From: Macrostomum lignano
Lineage: Eukaryota
Reading direction: 5' to 3'
NCBI GenBank assembly: GCA_002269645.1
Contig: NIVC01003589.1
Span: 1 to 64,000, forward strand
Length of the DNA: 64,000 bases
Positions 23,469-36,490 of the stretch are shown here, piece after piece. The notes under the pieces were generated by a model. That model had not been told where the DNA came from and made no database searches. It saw only the letters and a program-made list of their open reading frames with translations. The translations under genes were made by a program, and so were the position numbers. Positions within the stretch are counted from its first letter, which is position 1. Every line of letters begins with the position of its first letter.

Positions 23469-23548
23469 TTCTAGAATTCGAATTCTAGAAAATTCTAGAA
23501 CAAAAAGAGAATCCGTGGATTCCCGAGCCCACACCAATGGTATATATA
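23469..23548 (+). promoter_or_regulatory. Putative Pol II promoter: heat-shock element, CCAAT and TATA upstream of ORF 23666
   Basis: TTCtaGAAaaTTCtaGAA (23483-23500) plus TTCtaGAA (23469-23476); ccaat at 23534; tatatata at 23541. Confidence 0.6.
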
Positions 23549-23665
23549 CAGCCGATTCACACCGCCCCTCGCTTCACCCTGCCTGCTCCGCCTCGCCTCG
23601 CCCCGCCTCAACTCGCTGAGCCAGCAACTTCTTATTTTTGACTTGCTTAATCTCTGGATCTTGCC

Positions 23666-24289
23666 ATGGATGAAGAAATGCAAGCAGGCAACAACGTTTA
23701 CAACCAAAATCTGGAGAACTTCATAAAGGCTGTATTTTTTAGTAAAGATCTCGACAGCTGGAATGTTTGGGCCGATAAATACAATGCAATTGCTCGGTCA
23801 CCAATCGTGAAGCCAACTATCAATGGACGGCTAGCGAAAACTACCGACAAGCAATTACAAATCGGCAAGGCTCTGGACGAGTTGCGCACGGCCTACAAAA
23901 CCAACAGTGAGCCTGTGCCAGTGCATTCTCTAGAAGAATTTATGCAGGGAACATTTACGATCGACGCAGTGCTTGTACAGATTGCCAACCTTCATAAGCT
24001 AGTTGAACGGCATGGTAAGCATGGCTTTGCAAACGGTCTACAGCTCGGCAGGATCTTTCTGAGAATGGAGCGGGTTCTCAGTAAGGAACAGTTCAACGAG
24101 CTGAAAAGACGTGCACCGTTCACCAGCCAGTGGACCAACTTTCTGATGAAATTGGCTGACCAAGCTGAGAAATATCCGGTGCTACAAAGATCTGCAATGT
24201 CCCTGCACAAGCTGAAGTCGATGATTGCATACTTGCCAGAGGCCCTTGCGATGCTGCAACAGGAAGTGGACGAAGGCTTGTTGTTTTGA
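23666..24289 (+). CDS. 207-aa helical protein, putative DNA-binding (DUF3102-like pattern)
   Basis: Intact ORF; LQLGRIFL...F..L...F....NFLMK aligns with the ORF at 54912. Confidence 0.6.
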   Translation: MDEEMQAGNNVYNQNLENFIKAVFFSKDLDSWNVWADKYNAIARSPIVKPTINGRLAKTTDKQLQIGKALDELRTAYKTNSEPVPVHSLEEFMQGTFTIDAVLVQIANLHKLVERHGKHGFANGLQLGRIFLRMERVLSKEQFNELKRRAPFTSQWTNFLMKLADQAEKYPVLQRSAMSLHKLKSMIAYLPEALAMLQQEVDEGLLF

Positions 24290-24377
24290 CTTTTAAATTA
24301 GCAATGTATTGTTTATTTAGCAACTCATGAAGCTATAATAATAGCAAGTTATCCTTGGATAGTTACTAATGTTGACA

Positions 24378-25710
24378 CCAACCTCAAATTTTAAACCAAT
24401 GGTTTCATTTTCTGGGGTGGTTGTTTAACAAGTATGCCATTTTGATTGCCCACCTCAAATTTTGAAACCACTGGTTTCATTTTCTGAGGTGGGTGTTTGA
24501 TTAAAATAGCAAATTTGCTTGAGACAGTGTAGACAAATGTTTCTGCTGGAAGCAGTGCAGAACTCAGACCACCCACCTCAAAATTTGAAACCAACGGTTT
24601 CATTTTCTGAGGTGGTTGTTTGACTAGGAGAGCGTAGAAGAAAACGGAGGGATCACCCAGAAGGTTGTACTTTGTAGAGTGTAGACGTAAGTTTTAAAAA
24701 TCAAACCCTTGGGAGAGCGTAGAAGAGATCACCCACCTCAAAATTTGAAACCAGTGGTTTCATTTTCTGAGGTGGCTGTTTGACTAAGCTCGGGAGAGCG
24801 TAGAAGAAAACGGAGCGGCTAGTTGTGGAGGCTAGAAAAAGAAAGACCCCTCCCGCCCGGCTCAACCCTCAACCCTCTGCAATTCTCTTTTTTGGCTTTG
24901 GCGCTGCACTGCACAGAAGTGAATTGCAGAGGGAGGGTGGGTGGAGAGAGAAGGGGGGACTTGTGGTGGAATGCGCGGACTGCATGCAGTGAGTGGCAGG
25001 GCGGGTGAGAACTGGATAGCGCAGCAGTGTAGACCCACCTCAAAATTTGAAACCAGCGGTTTCATTTTCTGAGGTGGCTGTTTGACTAAGGTCGGGAGAG
25101 CGTAGAGCTAGTTGCGGAGGCTAGAGAAGCAGTGCAGAACTCAGATCACCCACCTCAAAATTTGAAACCAGCGGTTTCATTTTCTGAGGTGGCGTGGCGC
25201 CCCTGTGCAAAGAGAGCCCAGTGCTCTGGCCCGGACTGTTGGGGAAGGGAAAGGGAGAGGAGCTCAAGGGGAAGGAGATTTCAGTACAACGGGAGACTCA
25301 AATTTCCCAGGCGCCTCTCTACCCCCAGCGCGAGATCGCTAGTGTTATGTTTGACTAAAAATAGAATGAGCTCGGGAGAGCGTAGAGCTAGTTGCGGAGG
25401 CTAGAGAAGCAGTGCAGAACTCAGATCACCCACCTCAAAATTTGAAACCAGCGGTTTCATTTTCAGAGGTGGCTGTTTGACTAGGAGAGCTTAGAGAGAG
25501 CTAGTTGCGAAGAGAGGCACCCAGAGGACAGGCTTGGAATGAGAGGCGGTGGGGCAAGACGGGTGAGAGAAGGGCTGGCCTGAGAGTTGGTCTACCCAGA
25601 CCCCCCGGCCCTCTCTGGGGGTTGGGAGGCTAGAAAAAGAAAGACACAAGCGTCTTTAGGGGATCACCCACCTCAAAATTTGAAACCAGCGGTTTCATTT
25701 TCTGAGGTGG
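24378..25710. repeat. Array of eight 43-bp imperfect palindromes with variable spacers
   Basis: Consensus ccacctcaaaatttgaaaccagcggtttcattttctgaggtgg at ~24378, 24450, 24574, 24734, 25035, 25150, 25430 and 25668. Confidence 0.92.
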
Positions 25711-25852
25711 CTGTTTGACTAGTTGTGGAGGCTAGAAAAAAAGATACATGCAGAACTGGGCGGGGTGTTCAGTGTGGTGGGACTGGGGAGAAAAAGCAGG
25801 CGCTCACCCAGAAACCTTTTATATTGTTGCAAAGTTTAGACCCTGCACATAC

Positions 25853-26158
25853 GGGGTTGTAGCCTAGTGGTTAGGGCGTCGGACTCACGACTTGAATGAA
25901 GGTTGGGGGTTCGATTCCCGATCCCCCTGCAACAATGTGTCTTTGAGCAAGGCACTTTACTCCGCATTGCTTCAGTTCACCCAGCTGTAAAATGGGTACC
26001 AGCATTAGCTGGAGTAATTGAGGGTGTGTGTGGCGACCCCCAGTCCTTGGACTGAACAGCCGCACGCAGCCTTCAGATGCGCCGCGCAATAGCTGCGGCT
26101 GAGCTGTCGGTTGCACATCTGCCCATTGGGCAGGTGTAATCAATTATTATTATTATTT
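25853..26158 (+). mobile_element. tRNA-derived SINE with a CORE-like central domain
   Basis: A box tagcctagtgg (25860), B box ggttcgattcc (25908), tgtgtctttgagcaaggcacttt...ctgtaaaatggg resembling the CORE domain, (ATT)n tail; no clear TSD. Confidence 0.8.
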
Positions 26159-26483
26159 ACCTAAGATAGGTATTCTGTCTTCTGCTGCATGCTCTGTTGT
26201 TGCCACGTTGCTTACCACATGAAAAACTATAATAAACTAATAAACTATATAGCGACTATAATCTGTCGCTTCAGTCCTTCAGTTGTTTATCAATGTAAAC
26301 TGTTCAGCAGTCTTTCTAATTCGTTATTTGGCTGCGCAATACAAAGGAAAGAAAGGAAAGGAAAGGAAAGCACGCGTGGAACTTGTACATTCGAAAAAGC
26401 TGCGCTCCCTCAGCAAATAGCAGTTACCCCACCCCTTTTCAAAATGCAGCTGTTGCGCTTGGCTGCGAATAATCTTTCCCGAC

Positions 26484-26975
26484 TCAAGCGCCTCTCTCAA
26501 CCCCCAGCTCTTTCAACAGTCTTCCCAATTCATTGTTTGGAGCACACAAAATAAACCCTGCTCCCGTGCGTCCGCCCGTGCACCAGCCCTCTCTCATCGT
26601 ACACCCGGCTTCAGCGTCAATTCCTAATCCCAACTTTGTCTTACTAAAAATAACAGCTTTAACTAGCTTCCGAGCGATCGACTCACGAAATCCGCTTGAA
26701 GCCCCTATATTGTCTAGTCTCTTAAGCATTTCTTTGTCCCACCGATTCTTCTCCTCAGGAAAATCTCTATACTTGATGTCATGCCACATGCAGACAGAGT
26801 CTAGCTCGTTCACAGGCTCATGCCCAGGATTTGGATTATTGTTTCCATCCAGCTGTATTTCAAGTGGATTCAAAGGCCCGCAATATTTATAGCCGGGAAT
26901 TGTCCAGCCTTTGTTTGGATGAGGAAGCTTTTCTATCAGTCCATGTAAATCTAACTTACCACCAGAGTGTTGCAT
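26484..26975 (-). CDS. PLA2-domain protein, family A
   Basis: IPGYKYCGPLN loop; ELDSVCMWHD. Confidence 0.78.
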   Translation of the reverse strand: MQHSGGKLDLHGLIEKLPHPNKGWTIPGYKYCGPLNPLEIQLDGNNNPNPGHEPVNELDSVCMWHDIKYRDFPEEKNRWDKEMLKRLDNIGASSGFRESIARKLVKAVIFSKTKLGLGIDAEAGCTMREGWCTGGRTGAGFILCAPNNELGRLLKELGVERGA

Positions 26976-27005
26976 TATTTTATTTTAAATTTTATTTTAA
27001 AAAAA

Positions 27006-28045
27006 ATGACAGATCAGAAACTTAAAAAACTCTACTACAGCGACAAAGGATTCTTTGTAGGAAAAAATGCAGTCACCAAACTCGCAGAACCAAGCAAGGA
27101 ACCAAAAGCTAGAGTAGAAAAGTGGCTCTCTAAGCAGGCTGTCTTTCAAGTCTATTTCCGACCAGTAAAATTTACAAGACCTCACTTTAGCATCTATAAT
27201 TCTAATGAAGCGCACCAAGCAGATCTTTTGTTTCTCCCCAATGACTCGGGCTACAAGTATGCTCTCACAATTACAGACATTGCTTCCAGATATAAGGAAG
27301 CTCGCCCACTCAAGACGAAGAAGTCAGAGGTTGTTCCCAGCGCACTGCAAGATATTTATAAAAACTCACCCATTAGTTACCCTGAAATTTTTATGACCGA
27401 CCCGGGTAAGGAATTCATGGGTGCAGTGAAATCCCTTATGGAAAAGCACAATACAGAGATTCGCTATGGCAGAACAAACTTGCACAGAGACCAAGCGTAC
27501 GTTGAGAGATTCAATCTAACTCTAGCCAAGAGGCTATTCACTAAGCAGACAGCTAAAGAGCTGAAACTAAAAAAAGTGGTCAGTACTATTCAAAATGGAC
27601 AGACCGGCTCCCCACTGTTATAGAGCAACTGAACAATGAAGTCACACGCATGACTGGATTGAAACCATCCCATGCAATTAAACAAGACACTGTCGAACTT
27701 AAGGCATCTCATAGAACAGACAACAACACGACAACCCCACACAACACACACAACACAAAACACACCTCGAACTACCCTAAGCTTCCAGGAGTTGAATCAC
27801 CATACATACTGACAAACTCTGAGTTTCTACGCTTTTTATATCTACCTGGAGAGCTAGAGAAGGACACCAAAAGAAGAGCTACAGATCCATACTTCAGCCT
27901 TGATGTGCATAAAATAGACAGACATTTTACCTCCGACTCCGGTGACTATTACTTTTTATCTCAGGCCTTTAACCCTAAATCCCCCACACGGTCATTCACT
28001 AGAGCTGAACTCCTAGTGATACCAGCTGACACGAAAATTAATTAA
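27006..28045 (+). pseudogene. Retroviral-type DDE integrase (Polinton INT), one frameshift near 27590
   Basis: HQADL, ITDIASRY, TDPGKEF, VERFNLTL; downstream frame WTDRLPTVIEQLNNEVTRMTGLKP. Confidence 0.92.
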
Positions 28046-28061
28046 AATATTAAAATAAAAA

Positions 28062-28517
28062 ATGACAAAGATTGAAACCAGAACCATTCATAAACTCAAT
28101 AAAATCATTGAATCAAAGAAACCAGGTCTTATATCAATTAAAGGTATCAAAGTAAAAATCGATCCCGTGCAGCAAATAGTTCAATGTAATGAGCAAAGAC
28201 ACAGCATCACAGATGAAAAGTCAGGAGGAATCCTACCATTAGCAGCTCTTATTCCGATCATTGCAGGCGCTGTAAGTGCCGCAGGTGGTGTAGCTGGAGG
28301 TGTAGCAACTGCTGTTAAAGCTGGGAATGATAGAGCCCACCAGCTAGAATTGCAAAAGATTGCAAGAGATAAAGGTATAACAATTAAGGCAAGAGATGGT
28401 TGCCCGGATTTTGATGATTGTGATGATTGTGAGCATGAAAATTCTGTAAGCAAATCTGACATTGTCAAAGCCATCATGACACTGCACAATGCTGGGTTTA
28501 CAATAATGCGGATGTGA
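28062..28517 (+). CDS. Adenovirus pX/Mu-precursor-like core protein
   Basis: SGGILPLAALIPIIAGAV resembles the adenoviral pX segment RGGILPLLIPLIAAAIGA. Confidence 0.55.
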   Translation: MTKIETRTIHKLNKIIESKKPGLISIKGIKVKIDPVQQIVQCNEQRHSITDEKSGGILPLAALIPIIAGAVSAAGGVAGGVATAVKAGNDRAHQLELQKIARDKGITIKARDGCPDFDDCDDCEHENSVSKSDIVKAIMTLHNAGFTIMRM

Positions 28518-28658
28518 ATGTGAATGCGGACATGATGAGGTTTAAAACCCCACTTTATCCAGCTTCATAAACCTAGCGCTACTTATAGGATGTAGAAACA
28601 GTTCAACTTTTCTATCAGGGTGGTCACCCTCAAAATTTTTTTATATTTTAGAGAAAAA

Positions 28659-31600
28659 ATGCCAAAAGCCAATCCAGCAAAAGATTTAGTCAACAATTAT
28701 TTTTCAAAAGGCGTCTCATTTCAAGACAAAAGTAATTTACTAAGAGAAGCATGTAAACAAACGTTTAACACCGACCCTGGTCACCTGGGAAGCTATGAAA
28801 AACAGTTGGAAATCATCAATCAATTAGAATTCAACCAGTATGCGCCTATAAAAAGTCCTGCAAAGGAACACCAAGAAAGGAGTCGCAACTTAGTTAACAA
28901 ATACGAAACTCTCACTGGTGAAAAAGCAAAGTACCCACAAAGTAAGCAGGAACAAGAGAAATTAGAGCAATTAATCCATTTAAAAGAGTCGGAGCTTGCC
29001 ATTGAAGAGATTAATTTTGCACAGAGGAAGTTTACAGAACATTACATAGAGTACACAATCCCAATTAAGGATACCACCGCAAAAATCTACGACTATGAAG
29101 ACAGCATCCAATCAGTTGTTGATCACACACTCAAAACACGCAAGACCTTTAAACTACAGATATCATTCAAGATTGCGTTTTATATGCCTGCAAAACCCAC
29201 TGAGCATCTCGAGTATTACATGACAACAAAGGCAAAGCCATTCACCCCTACAGACACACTGGATCCTTTCCTTCAAGATGTCAATAAGAAAATTGAAGCG
29301 TTTACATCCAGAGGTTCCGGATGGGTCGTAGGAGGGATTCAAAGAGCGACTGTCATGGTCATGAAATATGACCCACTTAAAGCCTCCTCTTATATAGAGC
29401 TCCCGCATAAGCTAGCCGGCAAAAAAGCTTGCATAAATGTTAAAAATAAAGACAATTGCTGTGCTCTATGGGCAGTTCTTTCTGCACTTCTTCATGATAG
29501 TGTCCTTCACCACCCCGAAAGAACCTCAAATTATCAAAATTATTTCAACCACTATCTCATCGAATGCGAAAAGAAGGGAATCAGGTTTGACAAAGGAGGC
29601 TTGGCGATTTCTCAGATCCCTAAGCTAGAAGAAGTGTTTAATAACAAAATTAGAATCACAGTCTTTGAGTGGAGTGAAAAAACTGAGAAAGTTCAACCGG
29701 TCAGATGTAGCAAAGACATTTTAGATCCTGAGGGGAAAAGGCAGACTGAATTGGATCTTCTAGTGATTGGTAATTTACTAGAGAAGGCTCACTATGTTTG
29801 GATTAAAGATCTTTCAAGACTCATACACAAGCAGTTAAATAATCATCACGAGGCTGTTGCCATCTGCCGCTTGTGCCTTAAGCATTACAGTGGACCTGAA
29901 CGCTTTGAAAAACTAGCAGAGCATGAATTATCATGAGAGGATCACCCGACAAACTGCTCTCTTCCTTCAGCTGAAGAGAAATATCTCCGGTTTAAGAACT
30001 ATCACAAGATGGAAAAGCTCCCATTTGTTTTATATGCTGATTTCGAATGCTCAATCGTGCCGGAAACACAAAAACAAACTCAAACATGTCCCCAATTCAG
30101 TAGCATATGCCTTTATTAATACAAAAGGACTTGTTGAGTATAATTATTTCTTTGGAGAGCAGTGTGTGGAGCAGTTTATGTCCAGAATGTTAGAGTTGCA
30201 AAAAGTGATTAGCACCCTTCAACCTGTTCCAATAATGATGACTGAGGAGGATGAAAGCAATTTCCCATCACCAACTCATTGCCACATCTGCAGGAAACAG
30301 TTAACTTGCACTAATATTAAAAACCCCACCGTTAGGGACCACTGCCACTTTACTGGGAAATTTAGAGGTGCAGCGCATAACACCTGTAATCTAAAGCTAA
30401 AATCGAACATTCATGATCTAACGATATTTTGTCACAACGCAAAGAACTATGACATGCATTTAATAGTTGAAAAAATCGGCATGATTCCAGACATACACCT
30501 TGATTGCATCGCAGAGAACAAGGAGAAGTTTAAGTGTGTTGATATTTAACAGGATAATTTAGGTAAAGGTAAAATAAGACTGAAGGATTCATATCAATTT
30601 CTAGCTGCCAGTCTAGACGAACTAAGCAAGAATCTAAAAGATGAACAATGCAAGTAAAATTAACAACACTGATGAATCATTTAAACTTTTAAGAAAGAAA
30701 GGCTTCTACCCCTATGAGAATATTACTGGGTATCACGTATTTGAAGAAGGTTTACCACCACAGGAGAAGTTCTTTTCAAAGCTAACAGACTCTGGAATCT
30801 TTGACAAAGACTATGAGCACGCGAAGCATGTCTATAATTACTTTAATTGTCAAAACTTCTTCCAGTATCACCTGTTTCTACTGGCTGATGTGTTTGAAAC
30901 CTTCAGATACACCTGGTACACAGCATATGGCCTCGATCCAGCACATTATATGTCTCTGCCTGCCACTAGCTGGGAATCTTTGCTTAAAATGAAATGGGAT
31001 CAAGATCCAGATTGTTACATTGAACTTCTTACAGACATTGACATGTACAATTTTGTCGAATCGTCAAAGCGAGGGGGGATCTCAATTTGCACCCATGGAT
31101 ATGCAAAAGCAAACAATCCCTACATTGAATCTTACAATAAGGAGCAGCCCTCAAACTACATTACTTATTTGGACGCTAATAATCTCTACGGGTGGGCGAT
31201 GAGTCAAGATCTTCCAGTTAGAGATTTTCGATGGCTACCCTCATCAGAATTCAAATGGGACTTTTCATTGGCTGCCATTTATGAAGTTGATGTTTACATT
31301 CCACCAGAGCTTCACGACTATTTCTCTGACTTTCCACCCTTCCCAGAGAACATCAAGTGCCCGAAAATAATCGAAACTCCCAATGGAACTTGGCACCTGT
31401 CAGGAACAGAAAAAGAACATACAGAGAAACTAACACAGAATCTAAACAACAAGACACGTTACAAAATCCATTACAAACTGCTTCAGTATTTTATCTCACT
31501 TGGTTGCAGGGTCACCAAAGTTCACCGGGCTCTTACATTTACAGAGGAAGCGTGGATGAAACCCTACATTGATAAGAACACCCAGTTTAGGACCAAAGCA

Positions 31601-32441
31601 ACCAACGACTTTGACAAGAACCTCTTTAAGTTGGCCAACAACTCTGTCTATGGCAAGACTCTTGAGAATGAGCGGAAAAGAACAAACCTGAAACTTGTTA
31701 CCTCATCAGAGCCTGATGTTATTCAGGCAAATATGTCAAAGCCAACATTCAAAGAACTCCATATCTTTAATAGCTACTTAGGTGTGATCATATTTTACAA
31801 AACCAAGGTGACGCTGCGCAAGCCGATCTATACAGGTGTCACTGTTCTCGACGAATCAAAACGTCTGATGTACCAGTTCTTCTATGGCATGAAGCAGCAG
31901 TACAAGGATAAAATGAAACTCTTGTACACCGACACAGACAGTTTTATTATGGACATTCAAACAGAAGACATTTATCAGGACATGCTGCAGCAAAAAGAGT
32001 TGTTTGACTTGTCTGAGTATGATGAATATTGCAGGACACAGAATGGCGATCAAGTGTTTGACGCCACTAACAAGAAAGTGATTGGGAAAATGAAGGACGA
32101 GATTGCTGGTGACAGTCACTGAATTCATTGGGTTGAGAGCAAAGTCCTATTTTGTAAAATGTGAGTCGTCAGACCCAATTAAAAAATCAAAGGGAATTCC
32201 GAAACGTGTGGTTAGGAAGGAAATTAATGAAGCTGAATACAGAGACGCCTTGAATTGCAACAAAAAGACATCACATGAGTTCTCAAAGCTACAATCTAAA
32301 AACCATATTATTCACACAATTCAGCAAAAGAAGATTGGGCTATCAGGTGCAGATAACAAGAGATTCATTTTTGATGAAAACATTAACAGTCTACCGTTCG
32401 GGCACTGGAGATTAGGTTTAGGAGGTGGAGATTGGGTTTAG
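28659..32441 (+). pseudogene. polB: Full-length pPolB of the inner copy with several stops and frameshifts
   Basis: GSGW, YADFEC, DHCHFTG, HNAKNYD, KGFYPYE, YLDANNLYG, NNSVYGK, YTDTDS. Confidence 0.95.
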
Positions 32442-32504
32442 GAAATGGATATTGGGTTTAGGTTTAAGAGAAAGTTTAATAAACCTCATAAAAATGACAT
32501 AAAA

Positions 32505-32873
32505 ATGACGACAAACAACTTTCTTGAAGATTTGGCTAACGAACTGGAAATCCCAAACTTTAGAGGAATATTTATGAGGGACACTCTGCCTGATTTTCCT
32601 CTAAGAAAATAATGCGGCATCATGAACTTTGACACCACCGATAAGCCAGGATCTCATTGGGTTTGCTGGGTGATTGATCGCGATCGCAAGCACAAGTGTT
32701 ATTATCAATACTTCGATAGCTATGGGACGGCATTACCAGAAGAGCTAAGAAGTTTTATGAAGGGAATAAAGAATAAAAATATCTATCGCTCAGACTTTAT
32801 TCTCCAAGGTCTTAGCAGTGATATTTGCGGTGAGCTGTGCATGACTGTTTTGTATGCAATGACCAAAACATGA
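32505..32873 (+). pseudogene. Adenain-like protease with a premature TAA
   Basis: Copy of 20882-21247; GAA->TAA near 32609. Confidence 0.88.
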
Positions 32874-32916
32874 AAGACCTACAAGGAAATTATTCTTGGC
32901 TGTGTTTCATAGGGGT

Positions 32917-33585
32917 TCATTGTGCATTTCTCGCCGTCCTTCTTGCCGAATTTCTTGCCGAATTTCTTTCCGTATAATGTTGAAAAACTTTCTCGAGTTC
33001 ATTTTTCAGCTGACTCATGTCATCAGTACCGACCATGTTCAAGTTCATTCGAATTGATTGTTCATAAAGATCCTGAATGGTTTTGAACTCATCCTCTGAA
33101 ATGAACTTATCCTCGATTGCCCTTGAAATGTACCCTATGATTGAAGTGTGCACCCCTTTCTCTTTTACTTGCTTCTCCTGTAGCTGCTTTAGTTTTTTTC
33201 GCCTGTTTCGCGCTAATGCTCCAGTAATTGTTAAAATAAGTCCACATGCAGCACCTACTGAACCAAGTGGAATTGCGATTGGGACTGTGATGGCTGGCAA
33301 CACTGAGACAGCTGCAGCAGACCCAGTTAGAACAGACACAGATCCTAGAATCATATTGCTGTAGTCGAAAAATTTACAGTGGTTGTCATAGCGCTTAATT
33401 TTCTTTGTGTTGTGGAAAATATTTTTTTCAAGATCATCACGCATTTTTTGAATCTCCACCAGTCGAAACTGCTGAGAGTTACAAGTAATGACGGGGTAGA
33501 GTTTTTGTTGCTCATATTGGGGTGCACTAGGTGCACTAGGTGTTGTGGGAGCGTTCGGATCATAAAGAGAATTTTGAGCATCCAT
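32917..33585 (-). CDS. Conserved hydrophobic Polinton protein (copy of 20113-20838)
   Basis: Near-identical to the 241-aa ORF except at the N-terminus. Confidence 0.65.
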   Translation of the reverse strand: MDAQNSLYDPNAPTTPSAPSAPQYEQQKLYPVITCNSQQFRLVEIQKMRDDLEKNIFHNTKKIKRYDNHCKFFDYSNMILGSVSVLTGSAAAVSVLPAITVPIAIPLGSVGAACGLILTITGALARNRRKKLKQLQEKQVKEKGVHTSIIGYISRAIEDKFISEDEFKTIQDLYEQSIRMNLNMVGTDDMSQLKNELEKVFQHYTERNSARNSARRTARNAQ

Positions 33586-33599
33586 TTTTTTAAAGGAAA

Positions 33600-35027
<1,428 letters not shown>

Positions 35028-35040
35028 TTTTAAATAAACA

Positions 35041-35841
35041 TTAAAGTAAAATTCTTTTCTCCTTATTAATCATAACAAACTGATAGGGTTGGTTCCACTT
35101 TTCATAGCATATGTTAACAAATTCCTCCTGTGATATTGTTCTGTTAGAGTTCTTAGCTGGATATGTAATGTGAGCTGGGGCAATGACCTCATTATAAAAT
35201 CGTTTCAGTCGATCCTGTGGTATGGTTGGGAAAAGGAGAATCAAATTACAGTTACCTCTAATTGTTTTATTTGGCAGTTCAAACCAGTTTTGGGCAATCT
35301 AAATAACATTGCAGTTATTGTGTCTACCCCGGGTGAAATAATTTTCTATCTGTTTCTGGGGACCGGTCATGCAGTCATCAAAGACAATCAGGTGCTTTCT
35401 CCCCTTTTCTAGTTCATCAGGTTGAGGTAAGAGTTTAGTTTTAGGATCTATCTGTGGATCTCCATAAGTGAAAACTTTAATGTTTTGCCATTTTTCATTG
35501 TCTGGGATGTGCTTTGCGTATTCAGTAGCTAAAAATTCCGGGTTGCTGTTGAGGTCTTTTTGATGTCTAAAACATTGAATAATATCTTCCTTGTTGAGTT
35601 TGTTCTGTAGGCCCGCTACTAGCATTTTATACTCATCTTGATACAGAGTGGGTGAATAGATATGTAGTGTGTCATAATCGAGGAATCCAGGTCTGAGGAG
35701 CATGTTAAAAACTCTGAAGGTTTTCCCTGACCCAGATGAGCCAACAACAATGCATCGGATGTGCCCTGGAATTATCTCGTTGTGAGCAAATTTTATCTGA
35801 TTGCGTGTCCAGTGGGGATGAAAGTCGTTTGCGAAGTCCAT
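35041..35841 (-). pseudogene. Packaging ATPase, inner copy (TAG near 35299)
   Basis: GSSGSGKT, LIVFDD, RGRHNN. Confidence 0.9.
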
Positions 35842-36039
35842 TTTTTATGTAAAAAAAAACTTTTTCTTTTTAAACTTGTGTATTTAAGACGCGTGTGTCT
35901 TTTTTCGGGATGTGTATGTGTGTGTCTCTTTGTGGGATGTGTGTGTCTTTTTTCGGGTTGTGTGTGTCTTTTTTCTACTAGTCCTACATCCGACTAGTCC
36001 TGCACCCTCACACCTCTTTTACCGTCAGGGTGCACCAAA

Positions 36040-36420
36040 TTAGTCAAATTTAAAACCGCCTCCTTTCTTATATTCAGCTCTCATCTTTGCGTAGATGGCT
36101 GGATCGACACTATCTGCACTCGGTGCAAGGGGTTGAATATCTGGTATTGATTTCCGGGTTTCATTAACCGTATCTTTAGTCTTCTTGGCTGCTGTGGCTA
36201 CACTGCCAGCCGCTTCGGCAACGTTCTTGATGTTCTCTTTGTTCTCTCCAATGACCTTAAAAATCTTGGCCCCCTGAGCGATCAAATCGGCAAGGCCATT
36301 CCCAGAGCGTTCTTTTCTTGGATAGTGGCCTGCAGGGAAAAGTCCAGATCCGCGTTTAATGAGATTAAGTTCCTCTTTGTCATAGTATTTGTCAATGTCT
36401 TTTTCGAAAATAATTGGCAT
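36040..36420 (-). CDS. 126-aa virion-protein candidate with RGSG/SGNG/KGGG motifs
   Basis: Intact ORF from MPIIFEKD; amphipathic segment GLADLIAQGAKIFK. Confidence 0.6.
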   Translation of the reverse strand: MPIIFEKDIDKYYDKEELNLIKRGSGLFPAGHYPRKERSGNGLADLIAQGAKIFKVIGENKENIKNVAEAAGSVATAAKKTKDTVNETRKSIPDIQPLAPSADSVDPAIYAKMRAEYKKGGGFKFD

Positions 36421-36490
36421 CTTTTTAAATAGAAATTTATTTTTTGTTGAACCGCGAAAGCAGAAGCTCTCTCGCCCTCTTATCGATAAG

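Noticed and set aside
24378-25710. CRISPR array
   Set aside because: Spacer lengths vary about nine-fold and share internal modules; no cas genes; eukaryotic context.
25853-25930. Functional tRNA gene
   Set aside because: A and B boxes are present but continue into a CORE-like body and (ATT)n tail; no convincing cloverleaf, so called a SINE head.
30530-30552. Micro-intron (gt...taacag) removing the shared polB stop
   Set aside because: Only ~17 nt, too short for ordinary splicing, and not frame-preserving.
32405-32470. Telomere-like GGTTTAGG repeats (also 21270-21325)
   Set aside because: Short degenerate repeats at the polB stop, present in both family A copies; part of the element, not a telomere.
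35885-35975. Short tandem repeat upstream of the ATPase (also 18145-18185)
   Set aside because: Probably promoter-region slippage; no further evidence of function.
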